Origin: an uncultured Pseudomonadota bacterium | GTDB taxonomy: Bacteria > Oederibacteriota > Muellerivitia > Muellerivitales > Muellerivitaceae | Reading direction: 5' to 3' | DNA: 64,000 nucleotides | NCBI GenBank assembly: GCA_963843375.1 | Contig: CAWJKT010000010.1 | Span: 1 to 64,000 of the forward strand | In this document: piece after piece, positions 55,268 to 64,000 of the stretch | How positions within the stretch are numbered: position 1 is the stretch's first letter | Layout: each line of letters starts with the position of its first letter | Notes under the pieces: model-generated | The model's input: the letters and a program-made list of their open reading frames with translations, nothing else | Database searches by the model: none | Told to the model about the DNA's origin: nothing | Made by a program: the position numbers and the translations under genes

Positions 55268-56887
55268 TCACGCTGGCACCGCTTCCAAGGTTTCCGTGTG
55301 TACCACCTTAAATCGGGGGTCGCCCTCCTTTTCCAGCTTCTCAATGTCCTTTTCAAGTCTCGAGAGCACAATATCCCTGAATTTTTGAAAGTGGAGGTAG
55401 AGAGCCATAAGGGAGAGAGCGTCCCGAAAAGCCATGGGGTTTTTCCATAAAGTAAGGGCTAGGACCCTCCAATAATGATAGCCCGTGGAGGGCTTGGCCA
55501 TCATCCTGGTCGAAAGTTTGAAAAGGGCTTGTAGGTCATTGAAGATATTCAAGGGATTAAAATGCTGGCGACGTTTTTTTGCGTTGAGCATCAGTGAACT
55601 GCGCAAGACCCGGTTGAAATACTTCTTGGGGGTGAGGATTTCCTTCACGATCCGCCCGTAATCCTTCAAGATATCCAGCCGGGGCCGGGTGGTAATGAAG
55701 TTTAATCCGCTCACGCATTGGTCCCCGGTGTCGTCCATAGGGGTTTCGAAATCGGGGTCCAAACGGCCTTCCTTTTTCAGTCGTCGAGTGAGCTGGGTGT
55801 TGGGTACGGCCATCATCAGCCCCACCATGTTGACAGCGATATTGGTTTCCTCGATGTTGTCCAACATTCTCTGGGCCACGTCGTTCTTTTCCCCGTCAAA
55901 TCCGACGATATAGCCCGCCATCACGATCAGCCCGTGTCGGTTGAGCTTGTGGATACTTTCGGCGATGGAACGGTTCGTGTTCTGACGTTTTTGGGTCATC
56001 AGCAGAGTTTCCTTATCCGGAGTCTCAATGCCGGTGAACATCCAGGTGAAACCAGCCTCCTCCATCAGATTCATCAACTCGTCGTCATCAGCCAGATTCA
56101 AGGAGGCCTCCGTGCTGAAATCGAAAGGCCAATCGTGCTGTTTTTGCCACTCAATGAGGGCCGGAAGCAGGATCTTGACCGCTTTTTTATTACCGATGAA
56201 ATTGTCGTCCACGATTCCCACCTGTCCACGGTAGCCCAGGTCGTAGATGGTTTGAAGTTCATTCTGTAATTGAGTGATGGTTTTGCCCCGTGGCACCCGA
56301 CCAAAGAGTTCGATGATGTCGCAGAACTCGCACATAAAAGGACAACCCCGGTTCCATTGGATTCCCAAATTGAGGTAGTTGGAAAATTTCAACAGGTCGA
56401 ATCGGGGAGTGGGAGAGGTTTTCATGTCGGCTTTACGTTCCCCCGGTTCGTAGCGGTGCTTGGCCTCACCCGAGGTGTAATCCGCCAAAAACTCTGGAAA
56501 GGTGACTTCGGCTTCTCCCAGTATCAAGTGGCTGGCGCGGTCGTAAAGATGGGGGCTGGAGGTGGCGTCAGGGCCGCCTATGATGACGGTTTTTCCCAGG
56601 CTGCGGAAATGGTCGATGAGGCGAAGGTGTTCTTTCTGCTGAAAAATTTGTCCGCCAATAAAAATGAGGTCGGCCCACTCCACGCTTTTATCATTGAGTT
56701 TCTCGACGTTCATGTCATTGAGACGGATTTCCCAGGAGGGAGGCAGCATTGCGGCCACGGTGATGAGGCCCAAAGGTGCCTCGGGATACTTGGCGCCGAC
56801 CAGATCGCAGGCGTCGCGGAAATTCCAAAAAGATTGAGAAGTGAAACGGGGATAAACAAACAAACAACATGGAGTGGAAGAAATCAT
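55268..56887 (-). CDS. B12-binding radical SAM protein (DUF4070-type C-terminus)
   Basis: PLGLITVAAMLP, IIGGP, RGCPFMCEFC (CxxxCxxC), VDDNFIGN, GIETP, IVGFD. Confidence 0.93.
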   Translation of the reverse strand: MISSTPCCLFVYPRFTSQSFWNFRDACDLVGAKYPEAPLGLITVAAMLPPSWEIRLNDMNVEKLNDKSVEWADLIFIGGQIFQQKEHLRLIDHFRSLGKTVIIGGPDATSSPHLYDRASHLILGEAEVTFPEFLADYTSGEAKHRYEPGERKADMKTSPTPRFDLLKFSNYLNLGIQWNRGCPFMCEFCDIIELFGRVPRGKTITQLQNELQTIYDLGYRGQVGIVDDNFIGNKKAVKILLPALIEWQKQHDWPFDFSTEASLNLADDDELMNLMEEAGFTWMFTGIETPDKETLLMTQKRQNTNRSIAESIHKLNRHGLIVMAGYIVGFDGEKNDVAQRMLDNIEETNIAVNMVGLMMAVPNTQLTRRLKKEGRLDPDFETPMDDTGDQCVSGLNFITTRPRLDILKDYGRIVKEILTPKKYFNRVLRSSLMLNAKKRRQHFNPLNIFNDLQALFKLSTRMMAKPSTGYHYWRVLALTLWKNPMAFRDALSLMALYLHFQKFRDIVLSRLEKDIEKLEKEGDPRFKVVHTETLEAVPA

Positions 56888-57260
56888 GCGCGGTTCCTTT
56901 TAAGAAGGCTGGAGGAACAATAAGGACCTGGCGCGTAAAAATGGCTCGATCAGAACTCTGCAACCGACTTTTTTTATTTATGTAGCTTTATGTAGTATAA
57001 GAAGATTATTTGGTTTTAATAAGGTGAAAGATAAGAAATGCCGAAAGAAAATGGGACATACCTTTTCCCTATGCATACTTTGAATTGCCATAGGAAATAT
57101 ATCTAAATTGATCCGGCAAATATAAGACCAGGTCACTTTTGAAGTTTCTTCAGGTGATCCTAGTCATATTTAATAAATGTTTTAGAGGTATAATTTACTC
57201 AAGAAGTGATCTCTAAGGATCCCTCGGGGATTTTGGTCAAATAGAGGGTTGAGGTGCGTT

Positions 57261-57677
57261 ATGAAATTTAAAAAAAACACGCTGTTTTGGGTGGTGATTC
57301 TTTTTCCTTTCCTGGTTTGGACGTTAAAAAGTTCAGTGGTTTTGAGTGCACCATCGCCCATCCTGAGCACCGTGACGGGTTCGGATGTGGTGGCCACCCC
57401 CATTGGCACGACCATCGCCGTTACCCCGGTGGGAACACCTTTGGGAATTTTGGTGGGAACACCCATTCCTTATATCCCCATAGCCGTCAATATCTCCACT
57501 CCTATCCAATCCACCCCCTTGGGAATATCGATTGGCACCCCCGTTGGCCAGCCGGTGGTACCCATGACCCCAATTGGCGTGCCTTTTGGAACTATTACCC
57601 CCAAGCCCTCGGTAACACCTGAAATTACCCCGTTGAATGTAGTGGCGTCTCCGGCACCTGTGGTCACGCCGGAGTAA
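57261..57677 (+). CDS. Small secreted Thr-Pro-repeat protein
   Basis: Signal-like N-terminus, then repeated TP(I/V/L)G units; GAGGTG RBS. Confidence 0.65.
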   Translation: MKFKKNTLFWVVILFPFLVWTLKSSVVLSAPSPILSTVTGSDVVATPIGTTIAVTPVGTPLGILVGTPIPYIPIAVNISTPIQSTPLGISIGTPVGQPVVPMTPIGVPFGTITPKPSVTPEITPLNVVASPAPVVTPE

Positions 57678-57802
57678 AAAAAGTTTTTGGGCCAAGAACA
57701 ATTTTGAAAGACTAAATTCTCAGGGTGTGTTGGCCAAGGCTAATTCAGGTGGCCCTTCCGGTGATTTGGACAGTATTACTCGACGGGTTCATGAACTGCT
57801 CT

Positions 57803-58576
57803 TTAATCCAGACCGTAATTGCCATAGGTGTTATGGTGGGTGAAACTTTCCACATCCCGTCGGACTCTCAAGTAGGGGCCGGATTTTGAGGCGGGGTAAC
57901 CTATTCGGCAGGTGAAGGCAATTCGCTTAGTGGCGGGGAAACCGAGAATTTTACGGGCTTCGTTCTCAACACTCTCTCCCACCATGTTCGAGCTCAAGGC
58001 GCTGATGATGTGGAAACCCAGTCCTAAGGATTGGGCTACCAGCCACATGTTTTCCATCACACAGCCTAGGCTAATGAAACCCAGCGCATCGTTTTCCGAA
58101 GCTGGAGCCCGCCGGGTTGAATCGTAAAGTACTACTAGAAGCACCGGACCGCCATGAAGGGTATCCCAGAGGTGGGATCTGCCCTCCGCCCCCTCCACCT
58201 TGCCCTGTGAAGCTTCCTTTGTTCGCCAGGAAGGAGGGAACATTTCAGCCAGGACTCCTCTTTTCTTCTGGAGGAATTCCTCAACTGAAAAGGACATTTG
58301 TTCGTAGTTTTCTTTAATGAAGTCCGAAGAAAGCGCGGACTTGATGTTCCCGAGTTTTCCCAGGGGTGACTTGTCGTCCACGACGATGACATCGTAATTC
58401 TGCATATTGTGGGCCGTGGGAGCCCAGCGGGCAGCCTCAAGGATTTGGAGAATTGAGCGGTTGGGAACGGTCTGGGTGAGGTCAAAAGGCATCCGGGAAG
58501 AATGTCTTTTTTGGATAAGTTGCATCAGGCCATGGGTCTTGTCGGCTTGGGGTTTTTGTCTGGTTTTAGTGGCCAT
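57803..58576 (-). CDS. Nitroreductase-family protein
   Basis: IQKRHSSR, ILEAARWAPTAHNMQ, ENMWLVAQSLGLG, RIGYP; AAGGAGG RBS. Confidence 0.9.
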   Translation of the reverse strand: MATKTRQKPQADKTHGLMQLIQKRHSSRMPFDLTQTVPNRSILQILEAARWAPTAHNMQNYDVIVVDDKSPLGKLGNIKSALSSDFIKENYEQMSFSVEEFLQKKRGVLAEMFPPSWRTKEASQGKVEGAEGRSHLWDTLHGGPVLLVVLYDSTRRAPASENDALGFISLGCVMENMWLVAQSLGLGFHIISALSSNMVGESVENEARKILGFPATKRIAFTCRIGYPASKSGPYLRVRRDVESFTHHNTYGNYGLD

Positions 58577-58756
58577 TTTTCCTCCTTTAAGATTCATAAA
58601 TTGTAATTTTCACTCCCAACCTTTGGTATTTTGCCAAGGCCAGTTAAAACCACATTGTTGACAAGAAAAAAAGATTGGTTTTACAAGTAATTTAAATCTC
58701 CTTTGCCCAATGCTGTTCTTGGCGGACTTTTTTATTGGTGGTGAAATGTTTTTAAT

Positions 58757-58957
58757 TTAATACGAGGCTTTTTCCTCGTGGAACTCCAATATTGGCTCGA
58801 TTTTGGCAAACTCCTCCAACGATATCTGGTGGGGTTCGCCGCCGGAAACCTCGATCAAGCAGATCGATTCCTCCGCTGAACAGGAGATGGCTGAAACTCG
58901 GTCGAGATTCATCCACAAATTCTTGTTGTCGATTGTCTTGACGTGTATGAATGCCAT
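58757..58957 (-). CDS. Small hypothetical protein (66 aa)
   Basis: Intact ORF with AAGGA RBS directly downstream of the SDR. Confidence 0.6.
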   Translation of the reverse strand: MAFIHVKTIDNKNLWMNLDRVSAISCSAEESICLIEVSGGEPHQISLEEFAKIEPILEFHEEKASY

Positions 58958-58969
58958 GTCTGATCCTTC

Positions 58970-59761
58970 TTAAGAAAGTAACATGCCGCCGTCTACGACG
59001 ACCAAGGAACCGGTCATATAGTCGGCAGCTCCGGAAGCCAGGAACAGAACCACTTTGGCGATGTCGTCTGGCAACCCCATACGTTTAAGGGGAATCCGAC
59101 TTGAAAATCCATCCATCATTTCTTTCAATTGGGCCTGGTTCATTCCGCTACCCTGCAGTGGCTGGGCCGTCCCTTCGGTGTTGATTCCTCCAGGAGCGAT
59201 GGCGTTGACCAGGATTCCGTGGGGAGCCACTTCCACTGCGAAGTTCTTGGTGAAACTCAAAACCCCGCCCTTGGAGGAATCATAGGCCGCCAGTCCTATC
59301 ATTGAGGGGTGGACGCTGTCGATGGAGGCGATGTTGATGATCCGCCCACGCTTGTCCTGCTTAATCATCTGAAGTGCGGCCGCCTTGCACAGGAAAGCCA
59401 GGCCCCGCAGATTGACGGCGTAAACCTTGTCGAAAAGAGAAGGCTCCATCTTCAACATAGGCACCTGAGGGTAAATGCCCGCGTTGTTGACCAGGATGTC
59501 CAACTTCCCGAATTCGCTTACACAGGTTTTTACGACCTTTTCCCAACTCTCATCCTTAGAAACGTCCACTGCAAGTGTCCGAACTTTCCCTTTTTTCAGG
59601 CGGTTAGGCACTTCCGCCAAGGCCTTCAAGTTCATGTCGACCACCAGCACTTCTGTTCCGGCATCCACCAGCCGTTCGACGATTCCGAAGCCGATTCCCA
59701 GTGCCCCGCCCGTGACGATGGCGGACTTTCCTGAAACATCAAATGGGTTTGTACTTTCCAT
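58970..59761 (-). CDS. Short-chain dehydrogenase/reductase
   Basis: TGGALGIG, LVNNAG, NIAS, YDSSK, VNAIAPG, VDGG. Confidence 0.95.
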   Translation of the reverse strand: MESTNPFDVSGKSAIVTGGALGIGFGIVERLVDAGTEVLVVDMNLKALAEVPNRLKKGKVRTLAVDVSKDESWEKVVKTCVSEFGKLDILVNNAGIYPQVPMLKMEPSLFDKVYAVNLRGLAFLCKAAALQMIKQDKRGRIINIASIDSVHPSMIGLAAYDSSKGGVLSFTKNFAVEVAPHGILVNAIAPGGINTEGTAQPLQGSGMNQAQLKEMMDGFSSRIPLKRMGLPDDIAKVVLFLASGAADYMTGSLVVVDGGMLLS

Positions 59762-59961
59762 AAACCTTCCTCCGGTTAGAGAGTTTTCAAAGTCATTTAT
59801 AGAATGCAACGGGGAATGAAAAGCCGTTATGACCGGGGTCATGTAAGGGTGAGGATGAAAACTTCGGCCCGATATGACTCTGGTCATGTTTGCCGCCGCT
59901 CTGGATATCCGAACTGCTCCCCCTTATTATTTTCTTTTATCCCCCTTCGGTGAGGAGTCCC

Positions 59962-61752
59962 ATGAAAATCCAAATTCTCTTTTTTCTCTTGGCTTTCCTT
60001 TTGACCGCTTCCCAGGGCTTTCTCCAAACCCCTCCGGACCCGGGTAAACCGGCCATCCCTTCGGTGAATTACGGCGGGGTTGAAAAGGACTTGGCAGAAT
60101 TTATCCGAAAAAAAATGGATCATGCGGACGTCAAGGGTTTAAGCCTCGCCCTGGTTGATGGAACCGGCGTCGTATGGGTGAAAGGTTTTGGTTTTGCCGA
60201 CGTCGCCCAAAAGATTCAGGCGACTGGCGACACTCTTTATTTACTTGGGGCGCCAACCAAGTTGTTCACGGCGGGAGAAATCCTTAAGCTAGCGGGGGAA
60301 GGTAAGGTTCGCCTGGACGATCCGCTCCAAAAGGATCTTCCCGGATTCTCCATCCATAGTCGCTTTAAGGTGGCCAAACCCATCACTCTGCGGGCCCTGC
60401 TGGCAAACCATTCGGGCCTGCCGGGCTTTTTCATCAAGGGGGCAATGGCCGATAAAACCGAAAACCTGGAACACTTTGTCATAGGATTGAGATCCGACTA
60501 CCTGACAGCGCCTCCACAGACACTCTATAAATACTCGTACGTCGATTACGATCTATTGGGTCGAATTATCGAACTAAAGAGAAAAAGTTCATTTGGGGAG
60601 GCCCTGCAAAAGGACTGGCTGGACCCCTTGGGAATGGATAATTCCACCTTCCACCGGAGTCCCGATTTGGAAGACCGGATGTCGAAAGGTTATTTGAGGG
60701 GTAAACCGACCCCCTTGAATCATCTGCGGGATGAACCTGCCGCAGGATTGATCACAAACGCCAGGGACATGTCGCGGTTCCTTTGTTTCGTCCTGGGGGC
60801 ACCCCTATCGAAAAGCGCCTCGCCCCTTTCCCGTGCCGCAATGGAATCCATGTTCGAACCCCAATATGGCGGTGCCGCACTTAATTTCGACCATGAGGTG
60901 GGCATTGGGTGGACCTTGAGCGGGTTGAACGTGGAGGGGTCCGAGGGGACGGCTTGGCACGACGGCGTCTATCCACCCTATGTCTCCGAGATAGCGGTCT
61001 TGGACAAACAAAAATTGGGGGTAGTGCTTTTGGCCAACTCGGAGGAGACCATTAAGATTGCCGATGACATCATCATCCGGGCCCTGAAGGGGATGCTGAA
61101 CGCCAAGTACGGACTAAAACTGGATTTGGAAAAGAAAAAAATAAAAATGCAAAAAATCGTGCAAGTTCCACTGGAAAGGCTGGACCGTTATACCGGTTCC
61201 TATTCCGCAGCGGGCCAACTAACTTCCGTCACTCGGCGGGGAAACCACCTGGCGACCGAACTGCTTCACTACGGGCTGGATCTGAACCCCATATCCCAAG
61301 ATACCTTCGTGCCGCGCTTCACCTTTCTTTTCTTCTTTACTTTTGACTTCCCAGAAAACACCATGACTTTTTCCACAGTTGAAGGGCATGACGTCACGGT
61401 TTTCAACGGGTTCACCTATCCGATCGTGCTGGAGAAAATCAATCCCATTCCCATCCCCGATACTTGGCGCAGGCGCATGGGGAACTATGTCCTGGAAAAC
61501 CCGGACGATTCGATCCAATTCAGGAAAGTTTCCTTAACCCAGAAAGACGGGTTCTTGACTGCGATGATGAAGGTTTCATTTCCCGCTTTTGACATCAGTG
61601 ACCGGGAATACAATGTGGCTCTGGAACCCATTTCAGACGAGGACGCCGTGGAACCGGGCCTTTTTTATGAGGACGGCGGCACATTGCATGCAGTGGAAGA
61701 TGGCGGTGCCACCCGACTCTATTACTCGGGTTATTGGTTCCGGAAGCAGTAA
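59962..61752 (+). CDS. Beta-lactamase-like serine-hydrolase paralog lacking the catalytic Ser (AxxK)
   Basis: Colinear with the 53348-55151 protein, but GAPTK replaces DSVSK and YSY replaces YSD; signal peptide; GAGGAG RBS. Confidence 0.88.
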   Translation: MKIQILFFLLAFLLTASQGFLQTPPDPGKPAIPSVNYGGVEKDLAEFIRKKMDHADVKGLSLALVDGTGVVWVKGFGFADVAQKIQATGDTLYLLGAPTKLFTAGEILKLAGEGKVRLDDPLQKDLPGFSIHSRFKVAKPITLRALLANHSGLPGFFIKGAMADKTENLEHFVIGLRSDYLTAPPQTLYKYSYVDYDLLGRIIELKRKSSFGEALQKDWLDPLGMDNSTFHRSPDLEDRMSKGYLRGKPTPLNHLRDEPAAGLITNARDMSRFLCFVLGAPLSKSASPLSRAAMESMFEPQYGGAALNFDHEVGIGWTLSGLNVEGSEGTAWHDGVYPPYVSEIAVLDKQKLGVVLLANSEETIKIADDIIIRALKGMLNAKYGLKLDLEKKKIKMQKIVQVPLERLDRYTGSYSAAGQLTSVTRRGNHLATELLHYGLDLNPISQDTFVPRFTFLFFFTFDFPENTMTFSTVEGHDVTVFNGFTYPIVLEKINPIPIPDTWRRRMGNYVLENPDDSIQFRKVSLTQKDGFLTAMMKVSFPAFDISDREYNVALEPISDEDAVEPGLFYEDGGTLHAVEDGGATRLYYSGYWFRKQ

Positions 61753-61830
61753 AATCAAAATCGAAGAAAAAGCCTAAGCCATCCTTCTCTGACTATGGTT
61801 ATATTTTATTTTTTTGCTTGATGGGATTAA

Positions 61831-63135
61831 TCAGGCCTGGTGATGAAGACTAAAAATCCGCTTCCGGTCGTCATAGACGAAAATTTCAGCGTAACGGCCC
61901 CAGGCAATAACGGTCTGTAAGGTTCTTTCCGCATCGCTCTGGCTCAGGTGGTCCTCAAACTCAAGTTCGAACCTCCGTCGGGGCGCCTCATGCCCCTCCC
62001 TCTCCTCCAGGATGCGACAAATGTGGGCGGTGAGGGGAACAAAGCGCAACAGATGCTCCTTGAAAATCTTCAGGCGATCCTCCGGGCTGCTTTGGGCGAA
62101 CACCTGCCCGGCGGCGGTCAGCTTGACCTTGTTTTCTTGAAGTTCGGCGAATTCCAGTATATGGAGCGCTTCGGCAACCCCCAAAGGATGCTTGAGGCCT
62201 AGGAATGAGGAGTGGACCAAATCGGTAAATTCCGCCTGCCCTTCATATGGCTTTGCGGCAAGGGCCTCGATGAATGCCACGATTAAAGGGCTTCCCACGG
62301 CCGGCAAGGCCAGGGCCAAGCCGCCATGAAGTTTGCGTTCCGCCTTCAAAGACTCGGCTACACGCGAGGTCAGGATGGAATAGAATTCGTCCACAATATC
62401 GTGAAAAGCCGCGTCCAGACGGTTTCGGGGATGGGGAAGTGTGACGTTGATCTCCGCTTCAATTCGCCCCGGGCCCGAGGAAAGAACCAGTATCCGGTCG
62501 CACATTTGAACCGCCTCCTCAATATTGTGGGTCACGAGCAAGACCGCTTTGGTGGAAAGCTGGTGTTCCATATAGAGGTCCAGGAAATCAGTGCGTAGGG
62601 TTTCGGCAGTCAGGACGTCCAGCGCCGAAAAGGGCTCGTCCATCAACAACACCAAGGGCTGAATCACCGTGGCTCTGGCAAAACCAACCCGCTGGCGCAT
62701 TCCCCCGGACAACTCGCGTGGATAGGCGGATTGAAAACCGCTGAGCCCGATCAGGTCGATGGCGGCTAGAGAGCGGCGTCGGGCCTCCTCGCGGGATACT
62801 CCCATCGCGTCCAGACCGAGTTCAACATTCTCTAGAACCGTCAACCAGGGCATCAGGGCGAAAGTCTGGAATACAATGGCCATGCCGTCAGCGGGGCCCG
62901 TCAGAGGCTTGCCCTGAAAAAGCACTACTCCTGAACTGGGAGGCATCAGACCGCCTCCAATTCGCAGCAGAGTCGACTTTCCAGAACCCGAACGCCCCAG
63001 AAGACCTAGAATCTCACCTTCGCTTATTGAAAGATCGATGCCTTCCAGCGCTGTCAGTGGTTTGGCTGGAGGTCGTTCAAAGGCCTTACTCACCTTGCGC
63101 ATTTCCAGAATGACAGGTTTTTGTATCGATTCCAT
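61831..63135 (-). CDS. NitT/TauT-type ABC ATP-binding protein with C-terminal AAA-associated domain
   Basis: GRSGSGKST, LSGGMRQR, LLMDEPFSALD, VTHNIEEA; long C-terminal extension ending WGRYAE. Confidence 0.93.
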   Translation of the reverse strand: MESIQKPVILEMRKVSKAFERPPAKPLTALEGIDLSISEGEILGLLGRSGSGKSTLLRIGGGLMPPSSGVVLFQGKPLTGPADGMAIVFQTFALMPWLTVLENVELGLDAMGVSREEARRRSLAAIDLIGLSGFQSAYPRELSGGMRQRVGFARATVIQPLVLLMDEPFSALDVLTAETLRTDFLDLYMEHQLSTKAVLLVTHNIEEAVQMCDRILVLSSGPGRIEAEINVTLPHPRNRLDAAFHDIVDEFYSILTSRVAESLKAERKLHGGLALALPAVGSPLIVAFIEALAAKPYEGQAEFTDLVHSSFLGLKHPLGVAEALHILEFAELQENKVKLTAAGQVFAQSSPEDRLKIFKEHLLRFVPLTAHICRILEEREGHEAPRRRFELEFEDHLSQSDAERTLQTVIAWGRYAEIFVYDDRKRIFSLHHQA

Positions 63136-63142
63136 GGGTCCC

Positions 63143-64000
63143 TCAGTCCAGCTTAGTCCGTCGCTCTGCGAATATGTAGAGCGGTCTCCATATCAGCCGG
63201 TTCATCAATACGACAAAAACGGACATGACCGCCACCCCAAGCGCAATGCGGGGATAATCCCCAGCGTCCGTGGCTTGGGCAATATAGGCTCCCAAGCCCG
63301 AGGCGTTGAGTTTGGTATTTCCCCAAGAAACAACTTCCGAAACGATGGAAGCATTCCAGGACCCGCCCGCAGCGGTAATGGCTCCGGTAACGTAATAAGG
63401 AAAAATTCCCGGGAGCATAACTTGGCGCCACCAGCGCCAGCCCCGCACATGGAAGCAATTGGCCGCTTCCCTCAAATCGCTTGGGAATGCGCTGGCGCCA
63501 GCAATCACATTAAATAAGATGTACCACTGAGTTCCAAGGATCATCAAAGGGGTCAACCAGACCTTGGGGCTAAGGTGGAACCGAAGGATTAGGAAGACCG
63601 CGACGGGAAAAAGCAGGTTCGCAGGAAAGGCAGCAAGGAACTGGGCGATAGGCTGAACCTTTTCAGCCAGTTTCGGCCGAAGCCCAACCATGACGCCGAT
63701 GGGAACCCATATCACCGACGCGATGATAATCAGGATGATTACCCGCATTAACGTGAGGAACCCGTTGTTGATTACCGTTGTTAGATCGGCCCAAGCTAGT
63801 GTCGGGGCAGTAAATTCGATCGCTTTCCTTATCAGAAAAGCCAATAGCGCAACCATCGCCCCCACCCAAACAATATCCCCGAGGTGTTTGTGAGAAGAGT
63901 TGGCCCGAAAGGGCCTGGGTCGGAACAAGGAAAAACGGGACCGGGCGATGCCCTGCAGAGCTAGTCCAAACGGTTCCACCAATCGTCGCACCAACTTGGC
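63143..64000 (-). CDS. ABC transporter permease (NitT/TauT type), 5' end outside the window
   Basis: FLAAFPANLLFP, GTQWYILFNVIAG, DLREAA (EAA loop), GGSWNASIVSE. Confidence 0.9.
   Translation of the reverse strand, partial: AKLVRRLVEPFGLALQGIARSRFSLFRPRPFRANSSHKHLGDIVWVGAMVALLAFLIRKAIEFTAPTLAWADLTTVINNGFLTLMRVIILIIIASVIWVPIGVMVGLRPKLAEKVQPIAQFLAAFPANLLFPVAVFLILRFHLSPKVWLTPLMILGTQWYILFNVIAGASAFPSDLREAANCFHVRGWRWWRQVMLPGIFPYYVTGAITAAGGSWNASIVSEVVSWGNTKLNASGLGAYIAQATDAGDYPRIALGVAVMSVFVVLMNRLIWRPLYIFAERRTKLD

Noticed and set aside
58658..58686. TTGACA-N17-TTACAA sigma70-like promoter on the plus strand
   Set aside because: Weak -10 element, antisense to neighbouring genes, and expected by chance in AT-rich DNA
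51674..64000. Segment B as a prophage, ICE or genomic island
   Set aside because: No mobility genes or att site; genes are broken on both sides of the junction; the error profile differs

Overview
The window contains two very different segments joined at about 51,673. Segment A (1-~51,673) is very GC-rich (roughly 70% by eye) and actinobacterial. Its SDGGIF-repeat secreted protein, neocarzinostatin-like domain, F420-type LLM enzyme and DDEHDPEG-type DksA suggest Acidimicrobiia (inference). It is riddled with single-base frameshifts, most likely uncorrected long-read indels, so most genes are split across ORF-track frames. It holds tRNA-Arg(UCU), tRNA-His(GUG), a small lower-GC islet (PilZ, PAS-PAS-LuxR) and a ~45 kb catabolic neighbourhood. 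That neighbourhood has seven acyl-CoA dehydrogenase genes, two acyl-CoA ligases, enoyl-CoA hydratase, CoA-transferase, a DUF35/thiolase-like pair, P450 plus ferredoxin, a GMC oxidoreductase, four amidohydrolases, an aldehyde dehydrogenase and an FGGY kinase. The strongest unexplained signal is a 14-bp palindrome, TGAC-N6-GTCA (core TGACACnnGYGTCA), found at eight promoter regions across this cluster. It defines a candidate regulon whose operator differs from KstR and KstR2. Segment B (~51,674-64,000) is about 50% GC with nearly intact ORFs and starts mid-gene, truncating an ACAD. It looks like DNA from an unrelated organism (contig join or chimera). It encodes two paralogous class-C beta-lactamase-like proteins (one lacking the catalytic Ser), a B12 radical SAM, nitroreductase, SDR and an ABC transporter. 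All calls come from reading motifs; no database searches were run, and ends of frameshifted genes are approximate.
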